A DNA stretch of 56,194 bases, filler included, from Catajapyx aquilonaris (Eukaryota): NCBI GenBank assembly GCA_000934665.2. It is 4 parts of 4 records of this genome, joined end to end, with 100 filler letters (N's around TTAATTAATTAA, not from the genome) between each part and the next. Parts side by side here need not be neighbours in the genome. Positions count along the whole stretch, not along the records: positions 28,132 to 42,092 come from JYFJ02007931.1; positions 42,193 to 56,194 come from KZ539752.1; 2 more parts are not named here. One strand, given 5' to 3'. Numbering within the stretch: the stretch's first letter is position 1; every line of letters starts with the position of its first letter. The translations under genes and the position numbers were made by a program. Positions 34,539-46,402 of the stretch are shown here, in pieces. The notes beneath the pieces are model-generated. The model had not been told where the DNA came from. It worked only from the letters and a program-made list of their open reading frames with translations, and did no database searches.

Positions 34539-36068
34539 GGGTCATTCCATGTCAATCCTGTAAATGGTGGTGGCTTGACCCCTTCTGATTTAATTGAAAA
34601 TAATCAGGTAGGTAGGGGTCCGTACCCTATTGCGAAATCCCAAATTTGAGGCCGCTGGAGTAAAATCTCACGGAGATATAACAATGGAAAGTTAAACAAT
34701 GACGTCCATGTAAAGGAATTTAAATTGTTCGGACTGTTCTCCCAACACCCTCATGTTACATATCAAATGGAAGGTAATGCAGAGAGGAATAACATGGTTG
34801 CAAAATATTCGACCTAACTCGAAAAACGACGTCGCAGAAAATTCGCACATATATGTCCAAATCACTCTATATTTCCAATAGCCGTAACTCATAACATTAT
34901 GATTTTAACAAAGTGATATTTAGGATACAAGGCAATCACCTTTGCCTAAGTGCACATGCAAAACCTCATTGCGATAGGTCAAGCAGGGTTGGAAATAAAA
35001 AATCCCGAAAATATGAATCACCGAATTTTTCCGATTTTCGAGCTCAAATTTCTCGAGGTAGGACTGGACCGATTTTGACTTTTGGTGTGTCAATAGATTC
35101 CTTGGATCATCCCCTATTCAGAAATGCATAAGTGATTCTTTACCCGTGAGCGATAATTGATCAGCGAATGAAAAACTTCCATGTGATAAGTCACGCAAGG
35201 GTTGGAAATAATAAATCCCGACAATATGAATCACAGCATTTTGCCGATTTCCGAGCTCAATTTTCTCCAGGGACCTATTTTGACTTTTGGTATGTCAATC
35301 TATTTCGTGGATCATCCCCTATTCATAAATGCATAAGCTATTCTTTACCCGTGAGCGACAATTGATCGGCGAATCTTCAAACGTATGGGTGCATGATTCC
35401 TTGCACCGCCTTATGCACCCATACGTTAGAAAATTCGCTGATCAATTATCGCTCACGGGTAAAGAATCGCTTATGCATTTCTGAATAGGGTATGATCCAA
35501 GGAATCTATGGACACACGAAAACTCATAATCTGTCCAGTCCTACCTCGAGAAATTTGAGCTCGAAAATCGGCAAAATTCGGTGATTCATATATTCGGGAT
35601 TTTTTATTTCCAACCCTGCTTGACCTATCGCAATGAGGTTTTTCATGTGCACTTAGGCAAAGGTGATTGCCCTGTATCCTAAATATCACTTTGTTAAAAT
35701 CATAATGTTATGAGTTACGGCTATCGGAAATATAGAGTGATTTGGGATATGTGCGAATTTTCTGCGACGTCATTTTCGAGTTAGGTCGCATATTTTGCAA
35801 CCATGTTATTCCTCTCTGAATTACCTTCCATTTTATATGTAACATGGGGGTGTTGGGAGGACAGTCTGAACAATTAAAATTTCTTTACATGGACGTCATT
35901 GTTTAAATTTCCATTGTTATATCTCCGTGAGATTTTACTCCAGCGGACTCAAATTTGGGATTTCGCAATAAGGTACGGACCCCAACCTACCTGATTATTT
36001 TCTATTAAATCGGAAGAGGTCGAGCCACAAATTTTTAGAAAATTTACAGAATTGAGATGGAATGACCC
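34539..36068. mobile_element. 1.5-kb non-autonomous foldback DNA transposon
   Basis: GGGTCATTCCAT...ATGGAATGACCC termini; arms of about 650 nt, highly similar in inverted orientation; centre near 35410; extra internal duplication near 35190-35370. The mirror ORFs at 34913(+) and 35689(-) simply reflect the palindrome. Confidence 0.88.
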
Positions 36069-36808
36069 TAGTGCAAGTCTACATCTTGAAAAGAATTCTT
36101 TGAGTAGTGTTTGCGCGTAATTTTTGTTACATTAAAGTATGTTTTTAATTACGTTCACGTCTATTAACTGCATGCAATGTCGTGTTGTATCAGCTGTAGT
36201 GGCTGGAATGATTGACCTAAAATTTGTAAATTTTACATATCAAAAAGCAACAGATTCTAGGCATAGTTTCTTGTCTTTTTGACACTAATCGGGCCAATAG
36301 TTCGGTTGCGAAAATTTAAATTCCGCATACCGCCTATCCTGCTCAAGGTAATTTTTGGCAGGTCCACTCCAGCTGACTTCACTGGTTCCTGGGTGGTAGC
36401 GACTTAATCCCTCTCCTGCCTCAGGAATGTTCACCATATGACGTAGAGTCGTAGACCAATGCAGAATCAGGTGCTATGCGAATATAGACCTTTAGACCTA
36501 CAAGCCTAACTGTTAATATATTCAAAGTTTACACAGGCTACGATAGACAGCCCATGTACCCAGGTTAGAGGGATAGAGTAGAGAAAGACGTCACGGATTA
36601 AAAACGAAACAACAATTATTACCGCTTGTTTCTGCAGGCGTCATTGTTGATAACAACTGATTACTTCTCTATTCAATGTGGTTTCTGGGGTCTTCTTTCC
36701 CCATCTAGTACCTCTAAATCCGAATGAGCTCGGTACTTGGGCAGTGCAGCATTCATGTACATTACAGTATAGTGTATATACCCAGTGCATGTACTGTATA
36801 TGTGTTCC

Positions 36809-37695
36809 TGAGGGGGAGGCGGAATGGTGCTGCGGAAACGTATGCGCCCATGGATGTAAAGGGGGGTTCACACTAGCTGACGGGAGCATACGAAAAGAGC
36901 GATCCGAAAGAGTGGACCAATCAGAGCCCACTTGAGGATGACGAAAAGTGAAAGGGATTACGAAACGGAAAAGTTGGTTGAAATCAACTTTTGACGGACA
37001 CGGAATACGGAATACGTAGGCTTACGGACCTATCCACCAATGGAAGAGCCAGGAGAGCGGTAGGGGTGTGGCGAGCGAAAGTGAAAGGGAAAGCCGGCAG
37101 CGCCTCTGGCGGGGACAGGACGAAGGACATCAGTTGGGACTCGGGACCCAGGGCGAGCGGGCCTCGGGAGATGGGAGAAGAGAAGGGTATGACCGTGGGT
37201 CCGAAGGGACGGAGGGCCCGAGGGAGATCCGGCTTCCTCCCCGAGAATTCAAGCACAGCGCATGCGCTGCGGGATACGGAGGCTAAAGCCACGCCACTCG
37301 TTTTTGTGTCTGAACACCCCCCACCTCTTTCCGTTCGTCCCGTCATACCGTTCCGTTCGTTTCGTATGCTACCGTCAGCTAGTGTGAACCCGCCTTAAGG
37401 GTCTCGGGTTCGATACCAATAAGCCCGGGCGTTCCCCCCTTCATCTCATCCAGAGTTGGGTCATCTCTGGCTTCGTCTCGGGTGGGATTCCTTGAGACTA
37501 ACCACCCGGAGAAGTTCACACAATGTACCGTATGAGACATTGCATATCCACTCCCAGTCACACTCTGCCCGTTTTCCCGGGCGCTTCGTTCAAGGTTCCA
37601 GTATGTATCGTACTACAACGGTATAATAAAGGTCCGTGCTACTACCTCTCAAGGAGGGCAAGTGCTACCAGCATTATTATAATAATAATATTATT
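36809..37695 (+). mobile_element. SINE family C split by a Harbinger-type MITE
   Basis: Head GGGAGGCGGAATGGTGCTGCGGAAACGTATGCGCCCATGGA resumes after 37398 with GGTTCGAT. The body matches 17275-17651 and 18120-18398 and ends in an ATT/AAT tail. Confidence 0.75.
36860..37395. mobile_element. PIF/Harbinger-type MITE
   Basis: TAA TSDs at 36857-36859 and 37396-37398; TIRs AGGGGGGTTCACACTAGCTGACGG / CCGTCAGCTAGTGTGAACCCGCCT. Confidence 0.85.
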
Positions 37696-38224
37696 ATATG
37701 TGATCCTGAAGCAACACTCTCGACCACCGGAAAACACATGATTCAGCGTTTCATGTAACTTATTGTGTAGATTATAATCATCGATTTCAATCTCTAGGGA
37801 CGACATAATTTTGCAGGTTACAGGCAAACCCCCCCCCCTTCCCACTCCAAAATCAACAACAATGTCGAGTGGAAGTAAGACATGTGTATGTGCAGGCTTT
37901 CTTGATGCATTCTCGTTCCCTTCTGACGTTGATGAAGGCAGATCTACAGAAGGGGGTTATTCATTTGATGGCACATAGGCCTACATGGAAACTTTGGATG
38001 ACACCGTCACCATTCTACCAGAGGTCCAGAGCTGTTTAGGTTATACTGGCACATTATTTATTGTCATTCAGGAATCCAACTGCCGGCATCAGGGCCTAAC
38101 ATGGAATAACTGATGTGCTACTTGTCCCAACTTTCAACATTCAATATCTGTTCAACCTTCAACGGCCTACGGCCCACATTGTTCCAGTAATATACGGCCG
38201 CGATATGGTAACCGGGAAGTAGAT

Positions 38225-39680
38225 ACATCTTGTTTAATGTTTTCATCAAGGATCTCATCTTTTTCACAATGGCACCTTCGGGTTCGGGGATTGGGTTCTT
38301 TTCGGACCCTTCCACAGATGCTTGCCGTCTTCATACCTGCACCCTTCTCGGACAAAGTAGCGGTGACAGTTTCAGCGTTTCAGTTTGAGAGTACCTCGAA
38401 GTGTTTAATGATAATAAGCATGCAATTCCACTCATACATTTTGGAAACTCTTATTAAAATTCCTCCTAGCGGCAATTCCGAACCAGGGTGATCCTCCTGC
38501 TCTATGGATTCATAATACTGTAAAGAAAAAAAGGCTGAAAAAATCTGCATGGTGACTGAGGTACAGGCCTTCGTGTGCTTTTTTAAAATACTGAATGGTG
38601 TAACGTAGTTCCTGTCAAGTATTGGTTACGACCACTGTCTAGTGGGCGAAAGGAATGGGCGTGACAATGCCTGGTGTAATATAGTCAGGCTCAAATAACA
38701 CTTGGACGCCACAGTTGTAGCCCTCAGCTAATAGAGGCGCGACACTATGCCGACACTATGCAATATGGAGTATTAAAATTAATAATCAGGCCTACTCAGC
38801 ATGGATAAAAGCATATTTTGTGGTAACTGTCTTTCTTTATTGTCCGATTTGTGCTACTTGAGATGTCACCACGGTTGTCGAGCTGGAAAACTTCTTATCT
38901 ACGTGAAGTTTCTAGGCAGCGGACTTACGGCAGCGGTCCCGGGTCTAATACCTACGGAAAAAATACCGGACGGGATAAAATACAGACGAGAAAAAAGTGG
39001 AAAGGTATAAATTATGTTCTGTGTATATTTTCGGTAATAAAGCTGTCGGAAATTTATTCTGTCTGTATTATGTCTTTCGGTATTACGTACCAGACCCTAC
39101 GGCAGAATGCGATTCCAGTGTTCTAGGTCGGTTGGGCAACACTTAGCTCCTGGTGGATGAGTATGACCCTGCTGGACCTCCTCCACGTCCATCTCTCGAT
39201 ATAGGTGTAGGCCTATGCAACATGGCTTCGGGTTGGTCTCGTCTTCCCCTTCAGTGGGGGTGGCGTTTTCTAACACCTTCACGAACAGATCCCGGAGATC
39301 AACGGCTGGGGTCACATACTTGTATGTTGGTACTTGGATGCTCATTTTTATCATTTTCTCCTTAGAGTCAGGGTTCTTTGTATCTTTCACGATCGTTTCA
39401 CCCTGCTCGGACAAAATAGCCGTCTAAGTTCAGCATTTCAATGTGAGAGTATCACTGAAAGTATGTCTTAATTATAAGTGACCCTAAGTGACAGTACATT
39501 TTAACACGCATTTCCGCTCAGACATTTTGGAAACTATTATTGAAATTCATCCTGGCAGCAATTCCGAATCCAGGTAAATGGTAATCCCCCTGCTCTATGG
39601 ATTAATGTAGCCTACTAAAAAGAAGAAAAAAGCAGGAAAAGGCTGAAAGAATCTGCATGGTGCCTGAGGTGCAAGCCTTT
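38225..39680. repeat. Diverged direct duplication with ~1.1-kb period
   Basis: ~38225-38572 aligns with ~39313-39678 (shared CTCGGACAAA, CATTTTGGAAACT, GCAATTCCGAA, CTGCTCTATGGATT, AGGCTGAAA..ATCTGCATGGTG.CTGAGGT). Confidence 0.7.
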
Positions 39681-42092
39681 ATACTAACTTGTATATTCTA
39701 ACTCAATCATTGCTTCAATGCTATTATTCTTCCTATGGGCTATCGCAAGTTTCACACCCTCTCCCTATACAAATATTTTTTCACCATTTTGATGGTCACA
39801 ACTACGAACTGTCACTTTGTGCGGGTGGTACGAATGCTGGGCTTACCTCCACGATGTTATCGAGTGCGGTGCGACGTCGAGGCATCCTTCGAACACTCGT
39901 GGAAAATGCGCCCACTAAATAATGACCTCCAACGTATAAAAAATGTTTTACGGAATGTTTGAATTGGCGATTCCTTGGCAACAAGCATAATTGTGACAAT
40001 AATATGCAATCAGGGGAGCCAATCACCCTGTAAGGCCTGCTGCAATATGTAGATGTGGGGATGAAGTAGGTCTACGAAGCCTTGAACTGAACGGGTCACT
40101 TTCCCCTTATTCGAGGAGGATATGTTCCATTGTTGATATTGTAGCTGTGCATACTTTTCAGTGGGGGAGTTTATTCTAGCAATAAGTTGTGATAATGTTC
40201 ATGGTTATAAATTCAGAATTTGCCATGTTTCAACTTTCAAACGTTCCCAGAAGGCTGTCTCCAGATTCTGGCATTATCTAACCCTTTGAAACAATGGTAG
40301 AACATGCCCGATTGTTAAAAACCGCACTAAAAGTGATATTTCACAAAAGGCGTTTTCTTTCAGTCATGATGTTGGCCTATTGTGTAGTAATACGCTGATT
40401 GAAGGGTCGCTACATCTATTTCATTAAATTACAGTTTTAGAAATTAATTATGCAACTCAAAGAACTTGGCGGGATATGCACTTCTTTAAAAATTAAAATA
40501 AATATTCCAGCACCTTCCAATTTTTCCTCTGGATATTTGAATTTTATAAATAATGCAAATTCGATGATTTCAAACCCTGATTTTCGCAACTCATAGACCC
40601 GATTGGAAAACACTGAGATTCACTTTTGCTTCTGATAATTTTATGCACAATCTGCTTTAAAAATTCATTACTTACGAACCGCGACAAAGTGTGCCCTGCA
40701 GTGGAATCTGTCATTTGTTTTCTCTGTTGCACATTTTGCTTCCGTCTCATTATAAAAACTATAAAATTGGCGTGGATTTGTAAGACATTGTTGATGCTAC
40801 TTATTTGACGCTGCAGGGATGCATATTCTAAGACAAAGTTTGTGACAAAGGTTAGCGAATTGTACTATTAATATGAGAGTCTAATACTATAATAATCTAG
40901 ATTCTATAGAAAATCGCTACAGTATAACCAATGTGATGAGATTTTTGTTAGTGGTTTGGGGGAGCCAAAGCAACTAATGCTTCAGGTCTGGAATAGGGGA
41001 GGGGTAGAGGGAAAGAGAGATATTTGGAGTATGCTATGGGAGGAAACGGGAGAATCCAGAGAAAACCCACCCGAACATGCCGAGAATTTCTTGAAACTCT
41101 TTCCACATGAAAGGTTTTGCATTGAAGAAAGGAAAGAAAGGTGTAAATGTAGAAAGTTCAATATTTATAGTGAGCGTATATAAACATAAGATAGGCAACG
41201 TATACATCTCTCCAACGACTCCTTCATACCGAGGCCATTAGTGAGGTTCTTAGTGCCTCCCGTTAATTCTCAACATGGAAAATGTTTTCTCTTTATTCGC
41301 TTGCCTGTGGTCTTATAGCCGTCTATTATGAGATCATATTTCTCCGTTTCATGTTGATTTACAGTGGGCTCCCCCGCTTGCACAAGGAGCTGAGAAGGCC
41401 ACTATACCTTTCGTGTTGTCTACTTAATGTTCGGCGCTAAAGTTTCTCCTGGGTAGCATTTGGTAATGAACTCCATCCCGAGACTCGCTTGATTTTTTCG
41501 GGGGGAGGGGGGAGACCCACAAAGCCACCAACCCTTCTATTCGTGACCAATTACAATCAGAAGCAGGGGTCTAACGTGTGCAATCTTCGGATTATTACGA
41601 TGGTTAAGCGGCCTGCCCTTACAAAGCTCATTGGTAGCTTGTCGACAACTAAGAGACCCCCCCTGACTCATCACTCTTATAGGGCTATTCTAGGCCACCT
41701 GTTCAAAGTCGCCTGTTATTGACCGACACTAAATTCCAGACTGAGTATAAAACTAAACAGACGAGAAGAATAGTTGAAATCAAGATTACAGCATTGCCAA
41801 GTTTTATTACAATAAGAAGTGACTCATTTTCAGGCACGATCTACGAGAAAGCGTGTAGTCTTATTCAAAGTATACTTGTCAATCGAGTGGTGAAATTAAG
41901 TGATTCGCGCTGGTTCACATTACTATAGTGACATTCTTCACACGTTTTAAAATGAAACAAAAGGTTTTCAGTGATGATAACCCTTGGCATGAGGGTTCTA
42001 CAATGGGGAACTAGCCTTCATTTTGGAAACTACATAATAAATTCGCCCATATTTTTTGGATTTTTTTGGCATATTCCGTTTTAAGATATCAG

Positions 42093-42192
42093 NNNNNNNN
42101 NNNNNNNNNNNNNNNNNNNNNNNNNNNNNNNNNNNNTTAATTAATTAANNNNNNNNNNNNNNNNNNNNNNNNNNNNNNNNNNNNNNNNNNNN
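42093..42192. other. Artificial 100-nt scaffold spacer
   Basis: N44-TTAATTAATTAA-N44. Confidence 0.95.
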
Positions 42193-44469
42193 CGAGCAGC
42201 TTGGGATGGGTGCGTCTCTGGCTATTTTCATACCAACCTAAGCTATAAAGGATTACTAACATGGCAGTCAAGTTTTCAAACAGTTACAATGTCCTGGCTT
42301 ACCGCATGTGGCACATGTCACAGACCGGAATGAACCCAGAATAAAAGATGGTGGGCCATTCGCTATTCAACGAGCTGGAATCTACAATTCCGGCCAGTTA
42401 TCGCACTTAATTGACAAGGAAGCCAGATCCGAGTTCATCGGCTTACAAATTATTCAGTTGAATACAGTGACCCTGTCTGGAAGCTGAATCTTGAAGATAG
42501 GTAAAAGAGTAAGGTAGCAGACCTGAAGTTCAAATTAGCCTTGGCGCCTCAGAACGCATCGAAAAATGTCGCTATAGCAGTATGACGCGATTAATGTCCA
42601 ACACTGTACCAAAATGGGTAAAATCGCTGATATTTTTTAAAAAATATTGTAAATCATATGCAGCCAAGAAGCCACACATCACCAACTACCATCTCCCCCG
42701 TTTTCAACAGCCCTCTTTATCAAGATGGAGGAATAGGGAGGCACACCCTTAGACCGTCCAGAACAGAGAAACAAAGGCAGGGTGTGCTCGTACATCTAGA
42801 TTTATAGCCACCCTTTTTTTTAAAAAAAAAAACTGTTCTCTAAAAATATATATTTTACGCCCCGGAAGAGTTCAGGCTCACATGACATAATCCCGATAAT
42901 CAAAATGGCAGTGACCCCACCTCTTTTCCTCCGTCAAACTTGTCCATTCCTCAAATTTGAGTTCCTGAAATAATAGAAAAACGGTAAGGCCATAGGACCA
43001 TCCATCACCTTCTGGCAATTAATCAAACCTCCCCCGCTTAACCCATCTCCCACCGTCACATCTGCCCGAAAAAACTGCTTTTTTTTTGTTCCACAGTTTA
43101 TAGAGGCAGGGGGTGGGTGTTCCCTAAGGATCCGGGTCTGATGGACACCCCGGAAAAAACTAGCCCATCACTGATGCTTTAAGAGAGGGCAAAAGTGCTG
43201 TAAGAGTGGACGCCTAGCATCTGCCGCTCCGGATAATAATACAGAAGAGGGTGTAGTTTATCGTCTGGATGGAATAGAAAAAAAAAATTCGACCCATCTT
43301 CCCCCCTCCTGTAAAACCCCTTTCAGATGAGGGTCCTCTCCGGAAGAGACACTTTCAACGGATCTTCCAAACAATTTCTGGACCCGGATCCTTCTCGAAT
43401 TTCGCACATCAAATGTGATTGCCATGTGTGGGTTCGCAGCTAGTCGCTATCGCACTCGGTTATCGCTGTTGACTGATCCGGAGTGGGTAGCGGCTGGGTT
43501 GTACTCCAGAAATCCTAGCGGGGTTTTTTTCGCAGAAGAAGAGAGTGCAGACGTGCAATCCAATCGGATTACGTGCTGCTGGTCTCGATCAAAAAAATCC
43601 GGATTTGTAGCCTCCCGAAGGAACAAGTCCCTTCCATGGTCATCCTTGCAAATGAAGGCATTAGGTGCAACCGGCGTTCCCGATAATTATTTTACTTTTT
43701 TTTATAGTAGACTTTTTTTATCCCCTCTGGAGATTCCTACTTGCAATGCGCGGAATGGTTTTGGGACGCTCTTGGCAGCTCGTAAAACCGAAGCAATCGA
43801 CCTGTAAATGCGACTCATCTCTCCAATCCGGCCAAATGGGATCTGCAATTTCATCATGGCGGACTTGGAGGGTCAATTTTTGTGGAATATCGATATTTTT
43901 GTGTGCCAATGCCAAACGAGCTGATTCTTTTGGATGCACCGACAGACTGCCCACCCAATTACAGCACAAATGATGATAATACCTATTCAACCTGGTACAC
44001 ACTATGACGAATCACACTTTTCCGTGAACCACTGACCATTTAATGGATTAATCGGTTTAAAAAATATCACCTGAAAGGCGTGCAGATATTACCACAACCT
44101 GAAATTTTCGAGTGCCTGACATTCTGTCGAGGACTATAATTTCCTTCTAGGTGATTGTGGGTGGGGAGATCAAGTGACAAATTCTACACAACTGTTATCG
44201 CTCAAGTATTTTTCCGTACATTTTTGCGAGCGAGGAAAAAAAAAAACGCTCTGGAGGCACGCAGGATCGTGTGCCGAATTCCGGAAATTCCTACTTCCGG
44301 ACGTAGAAGTTTCCTTGGAACAATTCCACGTGATGGAGCGGTCACCAAGGTGCTCCAAATTATTCTGAAGGATTTTGAGTGAAAAAAGTGGGTCGCTCAT
44401 TCTGGCTTAATTTATACTTATGGAATATGTAAAATTCCAGTTATTTGATGCATATGCACTAATATTTAA

Positions 44470-44892
44470 AGGGACACTCCACTCAAAAAACAAGTTTGGC
44501 TCTAAAAATCGGGCAAAAAATCCTGAATCCGACGGTACAATTCGTTTTTCGCTACGCGGAACGGTAATCCCAAGGCGAGGTGTCAAAGTGTGTCGTCTGC
44601 TAATGAGCGGCGCCGCCACGCGGGGAACAGGGAAACTGGAGGGCTGCACCGCTCTAAAAACATAAAATAATGCCTAAGCGCGCGGGCAGGCGGGAGCAGT
44701 CCTCCAGTTCCCTAGGTCCCGAGGGCGTCGCTGGCATACGACCAGCTTCTAGCGCACTATTTGAATTTCCCCACTTTGACCCATCGCCCTGGGATTACCG
44801 TTCCGCGTAGCGAAAAACGGATTGCACCTTCGGATTCAGGATTTTTTGCCCGATATTTAGAGCCAAACTTGTCTTTTGAGTGAAGTGTCCCT
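44470..44892. mobile_element. Kolobok-like MITE
   Basis: TTAA TSDs at 44466-44469 and 44893-44896; AGG...CCT termini; TIRs of about 105 nt. Confidence 0.8.
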
Positions 44893-46350
44893 TTAACTAA
44901 ATTCCAAATTTTAACCAATATTTGGTCCCACTATGTGAATTTTGCATGAATTCTGGGTGTTACCAAGGGTATCAGTCCACATGTGATTACACCAATTAAA
45001 AACAGCCCAGCTCGTCACTGCACCGGAAATCATCACTCTAGGCATACTCTATTTCTCTATTGAACTGTCAACTGCCCCACAGATTGCAACGACATCAATA
45101 ACCGTTTGGGACACACCGTCCTGGACACGCACTGCCAAGAGGTATACGCAGCACCTTTGATGTCCCTTCTTTTATGCTCCTGGCAACAGCCAATCCTCAA
45201 CACCAGTGGTTCCTATACCCAAAAATCAATGGTGCTGCCTTTCCCCCCTCTATACCCATGGTCGGAGGCAGGCAGGCAGACGGGGCAATGCACTGGCCGC
45301 AATTCGCACGTTTCACGGACCATTACGCAGCAGCCATTCTCATGCAGCCTCGTGCCGACTTCGACGAGCACCAGGGAAGAGCACAGGAATTCCCAATCAC
45401 GGCTTCCACAGGGTGCTTACAGACACGGATTTTGAAAGTGCGGTCCCCTCGTTGGGTTTGGCAAAACCTGGAAGGGCACTAATTGCCAGGGGGGTTATTG
45501 CGCGTACATTTGTCCCCTCAAAAAAGTATTCGTTTTTGACACCCACCGTATGTCGCAAATGCCAGTCATCAGTTAGCTAATTAGCAAAAGTGCAATAAGC
45601 CCTGAACTTCGCCAATCCATGGTCTGCACCCATTTTCTCTCCCAAATTTCAGCTTAGTTTCCACCCGCGTAATTAACGCCCCCACAGTCATGGGTCCTCT
45701 TTCTTTTCTCTCATCTTTCGAGATGAACAGTCCTCGGAAAAGTAATGGACAAAGTTTGGTGCAAGTTGCTGTCAACTTCTGGTGAAGATGCAGGCGGCGT
45801 CCGCGATATGGCGTCTTCAGCTTTTTCCACCCCCCCCCCCCCCCCCCNNNNNNNNNNNNNNNNNNNNNNNNNNNNNNNNNNNNNNNNNNNNNNNNNNNNN
45901 NNNNNNNNNNNNNNNNNNNNNNNNNNNNNNNNNNNNNNNNNNNNNNCCCCCCCCCCCCCCCCTTTATAATTCTGCCAACATCCCTTCGGCAGTCTGGATA
46001 AAGTGAAAACTTTTGAAGCCGGTCTGACAAATGAAATTGGAATAGTTGACCACCTCTGGAGCTTCCTTTTACCCAAAAACCTGACAAAACTATCCGGCAC
46101 TTCTAGACCAAAAGCAGTGGGTGGTGGGAGGACTAGTTATAATTTATGCAGCTGGTTGAGTAAATAATTCAAGCCAAACTAGGATATTCTGCTGATGTTT
46201 CATGTAAGAATGACGTCAGTAGGCCGCGAGGAAATGGCTAGGAAAAGCGGTTCAAAATAATTCATCGTAGCATTTTTGCAAAAATAACTTGATGTGACGA
46301 CGTTTTTTTCAGCTTACCACACTCTTATGCAGTATACTGCTGAAAAAACA

Positions 46351-46402
46351 ATGTGAAACTCACTTTACCTTTTATATATAAAAGGTAAAGTAAGCTTCAC
46401 AT
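46351..46402. repeat. Short near-perfect palindrome
   Basis: ATGTGAAACTCACTTTACCTTTTATA|TATAAAAGGTAAAGTAAGCTTCACAT. Confidence 0.75.
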
